From assembly GCA_028826165.1 (NCBI GenBank), contig JAPDFW010000085.1, forward strand, positions 186,001 through 250,000: DNA of 64,000 nt. The letters are read 5' to 3'. The notes beneath the pieces are model-generated. The model ran no database searches, had not been told where the DNA came from, and worked only from the letters and a program-made list of their open reading frames with translations. Positions 34,601 through 48,900 of this stretch are shown here, piece by piece; the first letter of the stretch is position 1; each line of letters opens with the position of its first letter. A program made the translations under genes and the position numbers. This DNA is from Anaeramoeba ignava BMAN. Taxonomy: Eukaryota > Protista > Anaeramoebae.

Positions 34601-36670
34601 TAATTTAATATAAGTAATAAATTTATATCTATATTCAATTTTAAATTAATTTATAATTAAATTATTAATTATTTTAATTTAATTTTATTATTAAAATATT
34701 AATTAAAAATAATTAATAAATAAAAATAAAAAATTAAAACATATTTAATTTAATATAAGTAATGAATTTATATCTATATTCAATTTCAAATCAATTTATA
34801 ATTAAATTATTAATTATTTTTATTTAATTTTATTATTAAAATATTAATTAAAAATATTTATTAATTAAAAATAAAAAAATAAAACATGTTTAATTTAATA
34901 TAAGTAATGAATTTATATCTATATTCAATTTTAAATCAATTTATAATTAAATTATTGATTATTTTAATTTAATTTTATTATTAAAATATTAATTAAAAAT
35001 ATTTATTGATTAAAAATAAAAATTAAAACATATTTAATTTAATATAAGTAATGAATTTATATCTATATTCAATTTTAAATTAATTTATAATTAAATTATT
35101 AATTATTTTTATTTAATTTTATTATTAAAATATTAATTAAAAATATTTATTAATTAAAAATAAAAATTAAAACATATTTAATTTAATATAAGTAATGAAT
35201 TTATATCTATATTCAATTTTAAATTAATTTATAATTAAATTATTAATTATTTTAATTTAATTTTATTATTAAAATATTAATTAAAAATATTTATTGATTA
35301 AAAATAAAAAATTAAAACATATTTAATTTAATATAAGTAATGAATTTATATCTATATTCAATTTTAAATTAATTTATAATTAAATTATTAATTAATTTTA
35401 TTTAATTTTATTATTAAAATATTAATTAAAAATATTTATTAATTAAAAATAAAAAAATTAAAACATATTTAATTTAATATAAGTAATAAATTTATATCTA
35501 TATTCAATTTTAAATTAATTTATAATTAAATTATTAATTATTTTAATTAATTTTATTATTAAAATATTAATTAAAAATATTTATTAAATAAAAATAAAAA
35601 ACTAAAACATATTTAATTTAATATAAGTAATGAATTAATATCTATATTCAATTTTAAATTAATTTATAATTAAATTATTAATTATTTTAATTTAATTTTA
35701 TTATTAAAATATTAATTAAAAATATTTATTAATAAAAATAAATTAAAACATGTTTAATTTAATATAAGTAATAAAATAATATCTATATTTAATTTTAAAT
35801 TAATTTATAATTAAATTATTAATTATTTTTATTTAATTTCCTTATTAAAATATTAATTAAAAATATTTATTAATAAAAAATAAAAAATTAAAACATGTTT
35901 AATTTAATATAAGTAATAAATTTATATCTATATTCAATTTTAAATTAATTTATAATTAAATTATTAATTATTTTAATTAATTTTATTATTAAAATATTAA
36001 TTAAAAATATTTATAAATAAAAAATAAAAAATTAAAACATATTTAATTTAATATAAGTAATAAATTTATATCTATATTCAATTTTAAATTAATTTATAAT
36101 TAAATTATTAATTATTTTAATTTAATTTTCTTATTAAAATATTAATTAAAAATATTTATTAATAAAAAATAAAAAATTAAAACATATTTAATTTAATATA
36201 AGTAATAAATTTATATCTATATTCAATTTTAAATTAATTTATAATTAAATTATTAATTATTTTAATTTAATTTTATTATTAAAATATTAATTAAAAATAT
36301 TTATTAATAAAAAAATAAAAATTAAGACATATTTAATTTAATATAAGTAATAAATTTATATCTATATTCAATTTTAAATTAATTTATAATTAAATTATTA
36401 ATTATTTTAATTTAATTTTATTATTAAAATATTAATTAAAAATATTTATTAATAAAAATAAAAATTAAAACATATTTAATTTAATATAAGTAATGAATTT
36501 ATATTTATATTCAATTTTAAATCAATTTATAATTAAATTATTAATTATTTTTATTTAATTTTATTATTAAAATATTAATTAAAAATATTTATTAATAAAA
36601 ATAAAAAATTAAAACATATTTAATTTAATATAAGTAATAAATTTATATCTATATTCAATTTTAAATCAAT
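31695..36670. repeat. About 144-bp-unit satellite, roughly 34 copies, almost pure A/T
   Basis: The AAGTAAT anchor recurs at 31721, 31865, 32008, 32153 and onward. Confidence 0.95.
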
Positions 36671-37725
36671 ATCCAAATTTATTTATTGATTATTTTTTTT
36701 TATTTAAATAGATTTTGTTTGTGAGAAAAAAATTTTGCTTTTTCTTTTTTTTTATTTTTCTTTTTCAAAATCATTTTCCTCATTTAATAATAAATTTTTT
36801 TTTAAAACAAAAATAAATTTTCCAAATTAAAATCTTACACAAAGAGACAAATAAAGAAAATGCGAAACAAGAAAATTATCAAAACAAAAAAAAATTTTTC
36901 AATTACAAAAGTAAAATATTTTCATTCCATCCAGTTTTTCTCTAAATATTTATAAATTGAAGTAATAAATTAAATATTATATTCAATGGATCAAATTCAA
37001 AAAAAGTTTTTATATCATTTCTATTATTTAAAAAATACTTTTTATGATAAAAAAAAAGAAAAACATTAATTACCATTTTTTTATTATTTAAAAAAGCAAA
37101 AAAAAAAAATTTTTTAAATTAAAATTGTTTTTTTTGTTTTGTTTGAATTCTCCAGTTTTTAAATATAATTTGTGTATCTGTTTTTTTTTATGGTTTTTGT
37201 TTACAGGAAATTAATCGAGTTTTCTTTTGAAAAAACAGGTTTTTGATCTTAAACTTGAGAAAAACAAATTAAAAATAAATAAAACAAAAGAAAGATAGAT
37301 AAGTATTATAAATGATTTGATCATTCATTTTTATAAAGAAATGAAAAACTAATTTATTTATTATAAAATTCTATTTTGATTTTATTATTTTTTTTTTGTT
37401 AATTTTGGCAGATCAACTTAATAAGGATCTTTTTTATTTCTTTTTTTTTTTAAAAATCCATCCACAATTTTGAATTAGAATTGATATTTTTCTCTTTTTT
37501 CTTTTTCTCCTTTCTTTCTCTTTTCATTATTTAAAAAAAAAATTTATTTTTTATTTTAATTATTCTTATCAAAATAACAAAGGAAGAAAGAAAGAAACAA
37601 AGCCGATCAATCGATCAAAAAATCAATTAAATAAATAAACAATTTTAAAAAGAGAAAATTGCAAAAAAAAAATAATTTTTTTTTTCTTTGTTGTTTTTGG
37701 TTTTATTTTTAATCAATTTTATTAT

Positions 37726-39422
37726 TCACTTTTTTTTGGATAAAAAATCAATATGTTTAATCAAAAAATTAATAAATTCTTGAATAGTAAACATTTTTGT
37801 AACATTTTGATTGATAACCTTTTCATGAATTAAATTAAAAAGAAAATCATTGTATGGAATTTCTTCATGAATAATAAAATCCAAATCCGAAGTAACTTTC
37901 TCGGAAATAAAAGCACCAGATTCTTCTAATACTTTTCTCCAAGTGTTCCGAATAGAATCGCCAAAAGAACACTGAAAAAATATTTTTTTTTGATAAAAAG
38001 GTTTTTGAGAAATTTGGAAATTGGGGATAATTGGAAAAAAACTAAATTGATCCATATCTGTTAATTCTTCTTTATCAATTACATGGTTGACCCAAGGGCA
38101 TTTAAGAACCGGTGTTGCATTACACAGAGCAAGAAGTATTTTGAGAGCACTTTGAGATTCGATATTTTCAAGGCTTGGAAGTGTTTCTGACAGGATAATC
38201 AAAATAGATGGATTTTCGTTTGATATTATTCCGTTGTTTTCAGTAATTAGAAGCTTGATACTTGCCTTCAGGTTGGATACGAATGTTAATTTTGGTAAAG
38301 ATCCCCGAGAAATGGAAATTTTCAGATTGTTGAATAATCCTTCTTTTTGGTTTTGTCGGATTTTTTCGTTTTGTTCGTAATTCATCTCCGTTTGTTTTTT
38401 TAACTCTTTTTTATGTTTTCGTAGCATTTGAGAGTAGCATCGATTGCAGATACAATCCGATTCGTTGGCATTGGGATACCATTTCGGAATATGTCGCCAT
38501 TGTGGAGTTTCTTTGGTTTTACATAAAGAACATTCAAAATCGTCGAAATCTGCTGGATCCTCTGTTGCTTTTCTACGATTTCGAAGTTTTCTTTGTTTTC
38601 TTTTTTTTTTTTTTTCTTTTTCTTTTTCTTCTTTTGATATTTTAATGAAGTTATTTTGATTTTGATTTTGATTTTCATTTTCATTTTGATTTTGATTTTC
38701 ATTTTGATTTTGATTTTTATTTTGATTTTCATTTTGATTTTGATTTGATTTTGATTTTGATTTTGATTTTGATTTTGATTTTGATTTTGATTTTGATTTT
38801 GATTTTGATTTTGATTTTGATTTTTATTTTGATTTATATTTTGATTTTGATTTTGATTTTGATTTTGATTTTGATTTTGATTTTGATTTTGATTTTGATT
38901 TTGATTTTTATTTTGATTTTTGATTTTGATTTTGATTTTGATTTTGATTTTGATTTTGATTTTGATTTTGATTTTGATTTTGATTTTGATTTTGATTTTG
39001 ATTTTGATTTTGATTTTTATTTTGATTTTCATTTTCATTTTGATTTTGATTTTGATTTTGATTTTGATTTTGATTTTGATTTTGATTTTGATTTTTATTT
39101 TGATTTTGATTTATTTTGATATTGATTTTGATATTGATTTTGATTTTTGATTTTGATTTTTATTTTGATTTTGATTTTCATTTGAAATTTTTTGATCAAA
39201 TTGAATTGGTTTTTGGATAAGAATTTCTTTCTTTTCTTTTTGTGTATCCAATATTTTTGTTGAAATTAAATTAAAAGGTTGTTTAGTAATTTGTTTATTT
39301 GATTGTTTTATTTGGTTATTTTGTTCATTTTTATTGTTTAATTTTTGTTCATTTTTATTTTCTTCTTTTTTATCCTTTTTTTCTTTTTGATTATGTGTTT
39401 GAATTTTGTTGTTTTGTTTCAT
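37726..39422 (-). CDS. Poly-NQ protein with C-terminal tandem BRCT-like domains (53BP1/Crb2-type); frameshifts in repeat and homopolymer tracts
   Basis: KILLALCNATPVLKCPWV and PFYQKKIFF...WRKVLEESGA...DFII...QEFINFL resemble tandem BRCT; split over ORFs 39111-39422, 38400-39038 and 37726-38427. Confidence 0.6.
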
Positions 39423-40077
39423 TGAAAAGGTTGAATTTAGAAAAAAAATGGTTTTTGTGTTATTTTTAAATTTTTTTGCTTTTTGCTAATTTTATTGATT
39501 TGTTGGATTATTTTGTATTTTATTTTATTAGTTTTGTTGTAAAAAATTTAAAAAAATTTTTTAATTTAAATTCACAAATTAAAAAAGAAAAAAAGAAAAA
39601 AAGAAAAGTGAAAAAAAAAAAGTAAAAAAAAATTTTTTTTTAATGATCATTTGAAATAATTTGTAATTGTAAATTGTAATTATAAATTGTTTTTTTTTTT
39701 GAATAATTAAATAATTTAAATAATAAATTTGTTGAGTTTATTGATTTTGTTTTGGATTTGGATTTAGATCAGAAATTTATGTTTATTTTTTTTAAAAGAA
39801 AATAGGAAAAAAACTGAAAGAAATTAAAACAAAAATGGTTAAACAAACAATAAAAAAATTAAATAAAAAATTATTAATTCGAAATAACTAAAATTATTTT
39901 AAGTAATTATCATTATTCAACCCCTTTTTTAATTTAAAATTTTATTTAATTTTAATTTAAGAAAAAAAAATTTTTTTTTCTTTTTTATTTTTTTTTAATT
40001 AAAAAAAACTTGATCAATAAAACAAAAACAAATTTTTCAATTAAAAAAATTTTTATTAAATTAAATTAAATAAACTA

Positions 40078-40595
40078 ATGGATTTTGAATGGATTGAATA
40101 TAAAATATTGAATTGAATTAAATATTAAATATTGAATTGGATATAAAATATTAAGTATTAAATTGAATATTAAATATTGAATTGAATATTAAATTGAATA
40201 TTAAATATTGAATTGAATATTGAATTGAATATTGAATTGAATATAAAATATTATTGGATATTAAATATTGAATTGAATTAAATTGAATATTAAATATTGA
40301 ATATTAAATATTGAATTGAATTAAATATTGAATTGAATATTAAATATTGAATTGAGATATAAAATATTGAATTGAATTGGATATTAAATATTAAATTAAA
40401 TATTAAATATTAAATATTGAATATTAAATTAAATATTAAATATTGAATTAAATATTGAATTAAATATTAAATTGAATATTGAATATTGAATATTGAATAT
40501 TGAATATTAAATTGAATATTGAATATTGAATATTGAATATTGAATATTAAATTGAATATTGAATATTGAATATTAAATATTGAATTGAATATTAA
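40078..40595. repeat. Intergenic GAATATT/AAATATT simple repeat
   Basis: Direct inspection. Confidence 0.85.
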
Positions 40596-40667
40596 AAAAA
40601 GAAAAAAAAAGGTTTAGTTTTGGTTATTATTGTTATTTTGTTTATTTTCTAATAATAAAAATTATTC

Positions 40668-43600
40668 TCAAATTAAAGAAACCATTAAAACTTCCATTTT
40701 ATTAATATGAGTTTTACCAGGAATTCTTGACCAAGATCCAAATTTAATAAATTCATAACAAGCATTATAAGAAATAGAAACTCTTGAATTTTTCAAGTCT
40801 GATTTTATATCAACAGTAAGTGAGTTATTGAGTTTCAATCGCTCAACAACTATTCTCCAATGACCATGAGAAATTCTTATATTTTCCACAAAAGCCAAGT
40901 GATTATTATCTGATTGTTCCAAAACTTTTTCATCGAATCTCGGTTCCAAAACTGTTAAATGATAAACAAATGAGTTTGCAACTCTTTCCAAATCCTCAGC
41001 AATACAAAAAGCAATAAAATCCAAAAGCCAATTTTGGATGATGTCAATTGATTCGCGATCTTTGAGTTTGGGAATATAAATGGAAAGTAATTTTCTTCTT
41101 TGGAAATAATAAATTTCGAAATCAATAGTAAGATTTAGATCATTTGGTGGAAGTAAATGAATCACAAGTCCTTGTGTGTGAGCTGCAATTTTCTCAAACA
41201 AAACTAAGCAAGCTTTGCTGAATTTCATGTAGTTTGTTTTCATAATGAATTTTTCTGGAAGTTTTCTTTGATTTGAATAATTGCGTTTTCTATTTATTTT
41301 TTGTGTGAGAGAAAAGTATAAATTTTCCTTTTATTTGTTTCTGTTTGTTTTCTTTGTTTTTTCTTTTACATCATTTCGTCGCGAGAAAAAAACAAACCGG
41401 CTTCAGTTGCGACAGAAAATAAATTACTATCTATTTTTTTTCTTGTTTTTTCTTGCAAATACATGTCTTGAAGAATGCATTTGAATATTGAACCTGCAAG
41501 TGTTGATTCATTATCTGCAACTAAATTTTCGTGTGTTTGATTGTTGTTTTCAGTGATATCTAAACCATCCGATTGCTCAAGATGAAAGAATATAGAATAT
41601 CCGCTTTCGGTTTGGCATGAAATGGATTCGGTTGCAATTTCGCAATAAGAATATCCATTTCCAACTGGGAAAGTTTCAAAAACTTTTCTTAAATCTCGGA
41701 ATAGCTGTTCTTGGAAAATATTTTGTTGAATACGAGTTAATTGATAATTCCAATCATGATCATTATCTTTTAGAAAACGATTAAATATTAAATATAAAAT
41801 ATTAAATATTAAATATTAAATATTAAATAAATATAAAAAAAAATATAAAATATAAAATATAAAATATTAAATATAAAATATTAAATATTAAATAAAATTA
41901 TAAAAATATAAAATATAAAAATATTAAAATATTAAATATAAATATAAAATATTAAATAATAAATATAAAATATTAAAATAATAAATATAAAATATTAAAT
42001 ATTAAGCTATTAAATATTAAATATAAAATAATAAAATATTAAATATAAAAAATATAAAATATAAAAATAAAATGATAAATATTAAATATTAAATATTAAA
42101 TATTAAATATTAAATATAAAATATTAAATAAAATACAAATATAAATATAAAAAAATAAATAAAAAATTAAACATAAAAAAATATAAAATTTAATAAAATA
42201 AAAAAATAAATATTTGAAATATGCATTTGAAATAAAAAAAAAAAAATATTAAATATTAAATATAAAATATAAAATATTAAATATAAAATATTAAATATTA
42301 AATATTAAATATTAAATATTAAATATATGAAAAATGAAATTAAATATTGAATATAAAATATAAAATATAAAATATAAAATATAAAATATAAAATATAAAA
42401 TATAAAATATAAAATATTAAATAATAAATATTAAATATAAAATATAAAATATAAAAATATTAAATAATAAATATAAAATATAAAATATTATATATTGGAT
42501 ATTAAATATCAAATAATAAATATTAAATATTAAATATAAAATAATAAATATAAAAATATTAAAATATAAAATTTAAAAATATAAAATAAATATTATCCAT
42601 AAAAAATTAAAATAAAATATTAAATATAAAATATTAAATATAAAAATATTAAATATTAAAAATAAAATATTAAAATATAAAATAAAAATATAAAATATAA
42701 AAATAAAAATAAAAAATTAAAAAATAAAATATAAAATATAAAATATTAAATATAAATATTAAAATATTAAATATTAAATATTAAAATATTAAATATTAAA
42801 ATATAAAATATTAAATAATAAAATATTGAATATAAAATATAAAATATTAAATATCAAATATAAAATAAAAATATTAAATATAAAATAATAAATATTAAAT
42901 ATTAAATATTAAATATTAAATATTAAATATTAAATATTAAATATTAAATATTAAATATTAAATATAAAATATTAAATAATAAATAATAAATATAAAATAT
43001 TAAATATTAAATATTAAATATTAAATAATAAATATTAAATATTAAATATAAAATAATAAATATTAAATATAAAATATTAAATATTTAGATAATTTCTTTC
43101 TAAAAAATTATCTAATTTTTATTCTGTTTTTTATAATTATCAATAGTACCAATTTCAAGTTTCAAAAAATCAAGAAGAGAAGTTAAACCTTCACCTCCTT
43201 GATTCTGTTGATATGCTTTGCAAATTACTTGAAGAATAACTTGTTCTTTTTTTTCTGTTTGTATTAAAAGGTCTCCTTTATCAGTTTTTATAATTTCTGG
43301 GATAAAAGGATAATCTTTTGTAACAAGAGGAGAAAGATCAACAAATAAACGTGAAGGTTTTCGTAATATTACATTCCATTTTGTTAAAACTTGTTTGAGT
43401 TTTTCAAGAAAAATTTGATCTTTTTCAACTTCTTCTTTTGCTTGATTTGACATTTTTTTTAACATTTCTCCTGCTTCTTTTAAAACCTTTTAAATTTTAA
43501 TTTTAATTTTAATTTTAATTATAATTTTAATTTTAATTTTAATTTTAATTTTAATTTTAATTTTAATTTTAATTTTAATTTTATAAATGAATTTTAATTT

Positions 43601-44352
43601 TAATTTTAATTTTAATTTTTAATTTTAATTTTAATTTTAATTTTAATTTTAATTTTAATTTTATAAATGAATTTTAATTTTAATTTTAATTTTAATTTTA
43701 ATTTTATAAATGAATTTTAATTTTATAAATGAATTTTAAATTTGTAAATGAATTTTGTAAATGAATTTTAAATTCGGATTATTTTCTACCTTCTTTTTTC
43801 GAACAAATTTCGCACAACTTTCTTCATTTTCATTTCTTGTATCATCATCAGGTTTAGATATAAAATCAAAAACTAAATATTTTTCTTCTAAAAGTTGTTC
43901 TAAAATTTTATCAAGATGTTGAAGCTCTAATTTTGCTTTACTTTTTTTTAATACATTTTAAACATCAAAATAAAATCAATTGATTTTATTATTTTTTTTA
44001 GTTGTCAAAATTAATTAATAAATAAGTGCAAAAATAACTAATACACTAAGTTTTCAGAAATTTGAGCTGATTCATTCATTTTTTTTTCAAGAACACTTTC
44101 TTGTTTTTTCTCAAGTTCATGATGGTGTTGCCACCATTGTAAAAAAACATCTTGTGTATCCGTTTCTCTTTATTAAAATGATAAAGAGAATTTATTTAAA
44201 TTAAAAAATTGAAAATTTTTTTGATTTTTATTTTGAAAGGAAATTTAATACTCTCGAAGAATTTCTGTTCCATCATCAAGATATTGTTCTACAATTTCTT
44301 GTGTTGGAGGATGAGCATCTAAAACAATTTTAATTTCATTATTCAATTCCAT
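40668..44352 (-). CDS. MED17: Mediator subunit 17-like, 6 exons (introns include 43487-43789, 41767-43149, 41291-41369)
   Basis: IKIVLD...LDDGTE at the N-terminus; KKK|VLKEAGEML...FLEKLKQVLTKWNV...FVDLS; WNYQLTRIQQNIFQEQLFRDL. These parallel animal/plant MED17, and all junctions splice in frame. Confidence 0.72.
41785..43085. repeat. Intronic AAATATT/AAAATAT simple repeat
   Basis: Fills MED17 intron 4. Confidence 0.9.
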
Positions 44353-44432
44353 TAAAAAAGAAAAAAAAATGAAAAAAATGAAAATGAAAAAAATGAAAAA
44401 AATATTTTTTATTCTTCTTTTTTTTTTGTTCT

Positions 44433-45672
44433 TCATAAAAATTTGAACATTCTTTTTGGATCTTTTCTTTTTTTTCCTTTTGCTTCGATTTTTTTCTGAT
44501 ATTCTGGATCTGTATAACCAAGTGTAAGCATAGAAATTGGGCGTAAATTTTTTTTAGTTTTACAAACTTTAATAACTTCATTTTCTTTAAAGGCTCCAAC
44601 CTAATTAAAAAATCGGATAAAAATATTATTTTGATTTTGATTTTGATTTTAATTTTAATTTTAATTTTAATTTTAATTTTAATTTTAATTTTAATTTTAA
44701 TTTTGATTTTGATTTTGATTTTAATTTTAATTTTGATTTTAATTTTGATTTTGATTTTGATTTTGATTTTAATTTTAATTTTGATTTTTATTTTGATTTT
44801 GATTTTGATTTTGATTTTAATTTTAATTTTAATTTTGATTTTGATTTTGATTTTGATTTTGATTTTGATTTTGATTTTAATTTTAATTATAATTTTAATT
44901 TTGATTTTGATTATAATTTTGATTTTGATTTTGATTTTGATTTAGATTTTGATTTAGATTTTGATTTTTATTTTGATTTTGATTTTAATTTTAATTTTGA
45001 TTTTGATTTTAATTTTGATTTTGATTTTGATTTTGATTTTGATTTTTATTTTGATTTTGATTTTAATTTTGATTTAAATTTTGATTTTGATTTTGATTTT
45101 GATTTTGATTTTGATTTTGATTTTGATTTTGATTTTGATTTTGATTTTGATTTTGATTTTGATTTTAATTTTGATTTTGATTTTGATTTTGATTTTGATT
45201 TTGATTTTAATTTTCATTTAGATTTAGATTTTGATTTTGATTTTGATTTTGATTTTGATTTTGATTTTGATTTTGAAAAATTTACCCAACAACAACCAAT
45301 ACCAAGAGCATGAGCAGCAATTTGACAATAAGAAGTAGCAATAGTTGCATCTTGTACAGAATAAAAAAAACTTTTTTTATCAGAATTCCGTTGATAACCT
45401 CTTTCAAGATCAGCAAAAAAAACAAGTACAACATCAGCTTCTGAAACTTGCTTTTGAGATTGAGCAGCTAAACATAATTTGTCTTTCGTTTCCTGATTTT
45501 TTACAACATAAATTTGATATCCTTGTTTATTTAACGCAGTTGGACATGATTCAGTTACTGATAAAATTTCTTGTAAATCTTCTTTCGGTATTTCTTTTTT
45601 AATATAACTCCTCATAGTTTTGCGTTTTTTTATGATTTCACAAACATTATTTGAAGTTGAAATTTTTTCCAT
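44433..45672 (-). CDS. Nitroreductase-family FMN oxidoreductase; exons 45672-45286 and 44600-44433
   Basis: IIKKRKTMRSY, CPTALNKQ, QDATIA...AAHALGIGCCW|VGAF, RPISMLTLGY. Confidence 0.92.
44630..45275. repeat. Intronic (GATTTT)n hexamer
   Basis: Fills the single nitroreductase intron (44601-45285). Confidence 0.92.
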
Positions 45673-45954
45673 TCCAAAAAAATAAAAAGAAAAAAAATGA
45701 AAATGAAAATTAAAATGAAAAATCAAATTTTATTCCGATTTTTTTTGCTTTTTTTTTTTGCTTTTTTTTTACACTTGTTTCTACGAATATTGTTTGAATT
45801 ATTTCCAAATTTTTCTTTTATTAAAATTTAAATAATATTTTAACAATAAAAACTGTTTAAAAATTGCGAAATTAAAAATCCAAAAAAAAAAATAATTTTT
45901 TCGAAATTAGAAAGAAATCATTTTTTTTCTTTCAAAAAAAATATATTTAATAAA

Positions 45955-48900
45955 ATGCAGTGGATAAAAATCAATCCAAAAAGTATAACACAACCACAAG
46001 GCAGATCATATTTTGCTTCTGGAGTTGATAAAGAAAATATATGGATTCAAGGAGGATGGAATCAAATTAATTGTCTTTCTGATTTATATTTTTTTAATAT
46101 TTTGGAAGAAAAATGGATAAAAATTGATACTATTGGCACAGCTCCTGAAAGAGAAGGTAATACTGGTATTCTTGCTAATAATAGTATTTATGTTTTTGGT
46201 GGGCATTCTGGTTATGGAAGAACTCAAACTTTATTTCAGTTAAATTTGGGTAAATTTTATTAAAAAAATTCCAAATTAAAATTAAAATAAAAATCAAAAT
46301 ATAAATCAAAATTTAAATTAAAATCAAAATCAAAATCAAATTTAAATTAAAATCAAAATCAAAATCAAAATCAAATTCAAAATAAAAATCAAAATCAAAA
46401 TCAAAATCAAAATTAAAATCAAAATTTAAAATCAAAATCAAAATCAAAATCAAAATCAAAATTAAAATCAAAATCAAAATCAAAATCAAAATCAAAATAA
46501 AAATCAAAATCAAAATCAAAATCAAAATTAAAATTAAAATCAAAATCAAAATCAAAATCAAAATCAAAATCAAAATCAAAATCAAAATAAAAATCAAAAT
46601 CAAAATCAAAATAAAAATTAAAATTAAAATCAAAATTAAAATAAAAATCAAAATTAAAATCAAAATAAAAATTAAAATTAAAATCAAAATTAAAATCAAA
46701 ATCAAAATCAAAATCAAAATCAAATTTAAAATAAAAATCAAAATTAAAATCAAAATTAAAATCAAAATTAAAATCAAAATAAAAATAAAAATCAAAATCA
46801 AAATCAAAATCAAAATCAAAATCAAAATCAAAATCAAAATCAAAATCAAAATTAAAATCAAAATAAAAATTAAAATCAAAATTAAATCAAAATCAAAATC
46901 AAAATCAAAATCAAAATTAAATCAAAATCAAAATTAAAATCAAAATTAAAATTAAAATCAAAATCAAAATCAAATTCAAAATCAAATTCAAAATAAAAAT
47001 CAAAATCAAAAATCAAAATCAAAATCAAAATTAAAATCAAAATCAAAATCAAAATCAAAATTAAAATCAAAATCAAAATTAAAATCAAAATTAAAATCAA
47101 AATCAAAATCAAAATTAAAATCAAAATCAAAATCAAAATCAAAATCAAAATTAAAATCAAAATCAAAATCAAAATTCAAAATCAAAATCAAAAATCAAAA
47201 TCAAAAATCAAAATCAAAATCAAAATCAAAATCAAAATCAAAATCAAAATCAAAATCAAAATTAAAATCAAAATCAAAATCAAAATCAAAATTAAAATAA
47301 AAATCAAAATCAAAATCAAAATCAAAATAAAAATCAAAATCAAAATCAAAATTAAAATTAAAATCAAAATTAAAATCAAAATCAAAATCAAAATCAAAAT
47401 CAAAATCAAAATCAAAATTAAAATCAAAATTAAAATCAAAATCAAAATCAAAATCAAAATCAAAATTAAAATCAAAATCAAAATTAAAATCAAAATAAAA
47501 ATTAAAATCAAAATTAAAACCAAAATCAAAATCAAAATCAAAATTAAAATCAAAATCAAAATTAAAATTTAAAATTAAAATCAAAATCAAAATCAAAATC
47601 AAAATCAAAATTAAAATCAAAATCAAAATAAAAATTAAAATCAAAATCAAAATTCAAAATTCAAAATAAATTAAAATTAAAATCAAATTCAAATTCAAAA
47701 AAGAAACAAAAAAATGGCAAGAATTAAAACCAAAAGGAAAAATTCCCCTAAATCGAGAATATCATTCTTGTTCTTATTGGGATGGAAAAATTTGGATTTT
47801 TGGAGGATGGGTATTGAAAACAAAAATAACAAAAAAGGAAATAATAAAATCTAATTTGATAAATTAATTTGGAATGAAATTTATGGAAAAAAAAACAAAG
47901 GGACAAGGAGCAACAAGATATAATGATCTTTATTCATATGATATTGAGGAAAATCAATTTGAAAAGATTAAAACTAGTGGAAAAAAACCACGAGAATTAT
48001 GGAGTCTTTCTTCAGTAGTTATTGATAATAAATTAATAATTTTTGGTGGAGAAGATGCTCAAAGAATACGTTTTCGTGATATTTATTCTTTTGATTTTCA
48101 ATCTAAAGTTTGGACTCAAATTAAACCAGAAGGAAGTGATTTACCATCTCCTCGTTCAAGTTATGGAATTACTTTTCTTTGTGATTCTTTATTTGCAATT
48201 TTTGGAGGTTATTATTCAATTTGATTTAATATTTTATATTTAATATTTAATATTTAATATTTAATATTTTATATTTTATATTTTATATTTTATATTTTAT
48301 ATTTTATATTTAATATTTTATATTTAATATTTAATATTTAATATTTTATATTTAATATTTTATATTTTATATTTTATATTTTATATTTTATATTCAATTT
48401 GATTTAATATTTTATATTTAATATTTAATATTTAATATTTAATATTTTATATTTTATATTTAATAATATTTTATATTTAATGTTTTTTATATTTTTATAT
48501 TTAATATTCAATATTTAATATTTTATATTCAATTTGATTTTTATATTTTTATATTTTATATTTTTATATTTTATATTTTATATTTATATTTTATATTCAA
48601 TATTTAATAATATTTTTATATTTAATATTTTATATTTAATATTTTATATTTTATATTCAATTTTGATTTTTTATATTTTAATATTTAATATTTAATATTT
48701 AATATTTAATATTTTATATTTTATATTTTATATTTAATATTTAATATTTAATATTTTATATTTAATATTTAATATTTTATATTTAATATTTAATATTTTT
48801 TATATTTAATATTTTTATATTTAATATTTAATATTCAATATTTTATATTTTATATTTTATATTTAATATTTAATATTCAATATTTTATATTTAATATTTT

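Noticed and set aside
30235-36670. Repeat periods 6, 12, 48 and 144 forming a multiple-of-12 hierarchy
   Set aside because: The 48- and 144-bp units show no clear internal 12-bp subrepeat and other arrays have 5, 7, 11 and 21-bp units; treated as coincidence pending autocorrelation analysis.
38395-38430. Programmed frameshift between the BRCT-gene ORFs (similar breaks near 2425, 38740-39150 and 62095)
   Set aside because: All breaks fall in A-homopolymers or hexamer arrays, the typical long-read consensus error sites; no stimulatory structure is evident.
41291-41369. Apparent premature stop in MED17
   Set aside because: Resolved by an A-rich GT-AG intron that restores the frame (EMI|KRNYS).
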